A DNA stretch of 64,000 nt from Tortispora ganteri (taxonomy: Eukaryota): NCBI GenBank assembly GCA_003707115.1, contig PPNB01000015.1, forward strand, positions 1 through 64,000, written 5' to 3'. Shown here piece by piece: positions 61,066 to 64,000 of this stretch. Each line of letters starts with the position of its first letter. The stretch's first letter is position 1. Below the pieces are notes generated by a model. It had not been told where the DNA came from. It did not search any database and saw only the letters and a program-made list of their open reading frames with translations. A program made the position numbers and the translations under genes.

Positions 61066-64000
61066 ATGGAAGCATTCCAAAAGCTACATTCTCTGTTGCT
61101 AGTGGCAAAAATTGCTCTAATTATTAAAGAGAATTTAGGTATATCTGATTCAACTGTTGCGGAATATATTTTGAGCTTTCAATCGAAATCGACGTCTCTT
61201 GAGGAGTTTGCATTGCTGCTTAAAAAAGCTGGAGCTGAGTTCCCGGAGTCAACTATCAATCAAATCTACAATGAAGCTGTTCAATTTCAGAATGAACCTT
61301 TGATATTGAATAAAATAGAGTCCTCTAAAAATAGTTTACCTGCTGTCTCTTCTGTTCCTGGACTACGCACTGTAGATGATAATCGTGGTCGATCGCGCGA
61401 GTCTCTGCCACTCACACCCGGGTCTATACATCGAGGAACAGTCAGTAACGTCATGCCATATGGTGCCTTCATTAGCATCGGAAATAGAAATAACAGGTCT
61501 TCTGGTCTACTGCACAAATCTAAAATGGGTGTAACCAATGGTAGGGCTGTATCTAGGATTCTCGAGCCTAGACAAGAAATTTATGTCCAGATTGACCACA
61601 TCGCCCCCGATGGAAAAATAAGCCTTTCAACACGCGACATAGACATTGAAACTGGTGAGCAGCTTGATACTTTTAGTCTTGATATAGATGATAGGTCGGT
61701 TCATCATCCAACAAAGAAAACAAGAATATCATCACCTGAAAGATGGGAGATAAAGCAGCTTATTGCATCTGGAGTTTTGTCTTCTGCTGATTATCCTGAT
61801 ATGGATAATGATGAGGTTGCTCATGAGGTTAACAATTCTTCTTCGAATTCTGAAGACGAAGTAGACGGTCCGCAGGATATTGAGATTAACGAAGATATTC
61901 CACCATTTTTGGCTGGGCATGCCGAAGAGTCTAGAGATCTCAGCCCAATTCGAATAATAAAAGCTCCAGAAGGTACCTTGAATCGTGCTGCCATGCAAGG
62001 TGCTATTAATTCTTCAATAAGAAGAGAAGAAAGGCAACAAAAATTGATGGAAAAGGTTGCCGATGATGCTGAAGACGATGACACTTCGGAGCAATATGCT
62101 CCAAGGTTCAACTCATCTTCGGCAAAGGTCAAAAAATATACCCGTCAGGAGATAAACGAACAAAGGAAGAATCTACCTGTTTATGAATGGCGAAGCACCA
62201 TTATCAAGGCTGTCAAAGACAACCAGTTCCTAATAGTAATTGGAGAAACTGGTTCCGGAAAGTCGACTCAGATTACACAATACCTTGCAGAGGCAGGTTT
62301 CTCTGACAAAGGTATCATTGGGTGCACTCAACCTCGTCGAGTGGCTGCTATATCAGTAGCTACTCGCGTTGCTGAGGAAGTTGGGTGTCGTGTTGGAGAA
62401 GAAGTTGGATATACTATCAGATTTGAAGACGTGACAAGTCCTTCAACTGAGATCAAGTATATGACAGATGGTATGCTTCAACGTGAGATTCTACTAGACC
62501 CTCTGCTTGCGAAGTATTCTGTTATTATGCTGGACGAAGCTCACGAACGTACAATTGCGACTGATATCTTGTTTGCGTTGCTTAAGAAAGCTGCCAAAAA
62601 GAGGCCTGATCTGCGCATTATTGTAACCTCTGCTACTTTAGAAGCATCAAAATTTTCTGAATACTTTTACAAGAGCAATATTTTATACATAAAAGGTCGA
62701 ACACATCCGGTGGAGATTCTGTATTCTTCCGAACCTGAGCCTGATTACCTTTCTATGGCGCTCTTGACTGTGATGCAAATTCACGAATCTGAACCACCAG
62801 GGGATATTCTCGTCTTCCTAACTGGTCAAGAAGAAATTGATACAGGAGTAGAGATGTTACGGAGAAAGGCAAGGACTCTTCCGCCTGGCTTGTTAGACTT
62901 AGTTGTGCTGCCGGTTTATGCATCGCTGCCGAGTGAAATGCAGACAAAGATTTTTGATCCAGCTCCACGGGGATCACGCAAAGTGGTTCTCGCTACAAAC
63001 ATAGCTGAAACTTCTATTACTATTGATGGAATTTACTACGTAATTGATACTGGATTTACAAAAGTCAATGCATTTGACCCAAAGCTTGGAATGGACTCCC
63101 TAGTGATTACACCTATCTCTCAAGCGCAAGCTAATCAACGTGCTGGTCGTGCTGGTCGTACAGGACCAGGAAAGTGCTATAGGCTTTATACCGAACAGGC
63201 ATTTCAGGTTGAAATGCTTCCTACTTCTGTTCCAGAGATCCAACGTAAGAACCTGGCCAATACAGTTCTATTGCTTAAGGCTATGGGGATTAATGATTTA
63301 GTTCATTTTGACTTTATGGATCCTCCGCCGACTAATGCTGTTGTCGGCGCATTAGAAGAGCTCTATCAGCTGGGGGCTCTTGATGAGGAGGGTTTACTAA
63401 CTCGGATTGGCAGAGAAATGGCTGAGTTTCCCATGGAACCAGCCCTAGCTAAATCTCTCCTGACTTCAGTCGAGTTGAAATGCTCCGATGAGATCCTTAC
63501 TATCATAGCAATGATATCAGTTCAGGGGGTATTTCACCGTCCTAAAGAGAAGGCCTCTCAGGCTGATTCAAGAAAGGCACGATTCGATGATCCACATGGA
63601 GATCACTTCACTCTTTTAAATGTGTTTAAATCTTGGCAGAAAAACCACAAATCTGAAGCGTGGTGCCATGAAAATTTTATCAATAGCCGCAGTCTGCGAC
63701 GTGCTGAAGATATTCGAAAACAACTCATTTCTATCCTTAGACGGTATAAGATGAATGTTTCGAGTAGCTCTAATCAGACTGAACTCATTACGCGCTGCAT
63801 TTGTGCCGGGTTCTTCCGGAATGCTGCTCGCCGTGATCCTCAAGAAGGCTATAAAACACTTTTGGAAAATACTCCTGTGTATATGCACCCCTCAAGTTCG
63901 CTGTACTCCAAACAGCCATCATATGTGATATACCACACGCTGATGTATACTACCAAGGAATACATGCATTATACGACTAGCATTGAGCCAAAATGGCTAC
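61066..64000 (+). CDS. PRP22: DEAH-box splicing helicase Prp22 (3'-truncated by window edge)
   Basis: Absent from the ORF track. ATG 61066 MEAFQKLHSLLLVAKI; S1 domain; 'SPERWEIKQLIASGV'; 'GETGSGKSTQITQYL', DEAH, SAT, 'QRAGRAGRTGPG'. Confidence 0.95.
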   Translation, partial: MEAFQKLHSLLLVAKIALIIKENLGISDSTVAEYILSFQSKSTSLEEFALLLKKAGAEFPESTINQIYNEAVQFQNEPLILNKIESSKNSLPAVSSVPGLRTVDDNRGRSRESLPLTPGSIHRGTVSNVMPYGAFISIGNRNNRSSGLLHKSKMGVTNGRAVSRILEPRQEIYVQIDHIAPDGKISLSTRDIDIETGEQLDTFSLDIDDRSVHHPTKKTRISSPERWEIKQLIASGVLSSADYPDMDNDEVAHEVNNSSSNSEDEVDGPQDIEINEDIPPFLAGHAEESRDLSPIRIIKAPEGTLNRAAMQGAINSSIRREERQQKLMEKVADDAEDDDTSEQYAPRFNSSSAKVKKYTRQEINEQRKNLPVYEWRSTIIKAVKDNQFLIVIGETGSGKSTQITQYLAEAGFSDKGIIGCTQPRRVAAISVATRVAEEVGCRVGEEVGYTIRFEDVTSPSTEIKYMTDGMLQREILLDPLLAKYSVIMLDEAHERTIATDILFALLKKAAKKRPDLRIIVTSATLEASKFSEYFYKSNILYIKGRTHPVEILYSSEPEPDYLSMALLTVMQIHESEPPGDILVFLTGQEEIDTGVEMLRRKARTLPPGLLDLVVLPVYASLPSEMQTKIFDPAPRGSRKVVLATNIAETSITIDGIYYVIDTGFTKVNAFDPKLGMDSLVITPISQAQANQRAGRAGRTGPGKCYRLYTEQAFQVEMLPTSVPEIQRKNLANTVLLLKAMGINDLVHFDFMDPPPTNAVVGALEELYQLGALDEEGLLTRIGREMAEFPMEPALAKSLLTSVELKCSDEILTIIAMISVQGVFHRPKEKASQADSRKARFDDPHGDHFTLLNVFKSWQKNHKSEAWCHENFINSRSLRRAEDIRKQLISILRRYKMNVSSSSNQTELITRCICAGFFRNAARRDPQEGYKTLLENTPVYMHPSSSLYSKQPSYVIYHTLMYTTKEYMHYTTSIEPKWL

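Noticed and set aside
1..64000. tRNA, rRNA, LTR/transposon, CRISPR, bacterial HGT operon, alternative genetic code
   Set aside because: No tRNA A/B-box cloverleaf, terminal repeats, transposase/RT motifs or spacer arrays seen. Recognised genes look fungal and translate cleanly with the standard code.

Overview
Gene-dense eukaryotic DNA from a budding yeast. Compact genes, a few short spliceosomal introns (45-62 nt, plus one of 209 nt) with GTAAGT/GTATGT/GTGAGT donors and CTAAC-type branch points, and filamentous-fungus-like gene content suggest an early-diverging Saccharomycotina lineage (inference only). About 29 protein-coding genes are supported. The ORF track misses or mis-starts several of them: a >=1431-aa Ser-rich multi-lectin adhesin running off the left edge, PRP22 running off the right edge, the three-exon SPT4, and the spliced STM1, MRPL31 and ARMH3-like genes. 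Gene order: adhesin, SEC72, MOT1, acyl-CoA synthetase, SNX41/ATG20, YTA7, ARMH3-like, BDF1, UTP5, DSC3, RDS2, SNZ1, DUF2841, MET5, STM1, MRPL31, YCF1, SPT4, NTA1, CBF1, PPT2, AIM18/46, MKK1/2, DBP8, a 67-aa orphan, F-box/WD40, STB3, FIG1, FKH, PRP22. I found no tRNA, rRNA, transposon, CRISPR array or clearly bacterial gene, and no self-evident novel multi-gene system. The best leads are: (1) the signal-peptide-less tandem GLEYA/PA14-like adhesin with alternating DD+/DD- domains and patchy repeat divergence; (2) a long nested hairpin, a U1-like anti-donor sequence and a poison acceptor in the STM1 intron; (3) a structured box C/D-bounded intergenic RNA candidate between RDS2 and SNZ1; (4) a TATA-driven orphan microprotein; (5) Cbf1 sites clustered on the CBF1 gene itself. 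Gene names come from recognising motifs by eye, not from database searches.
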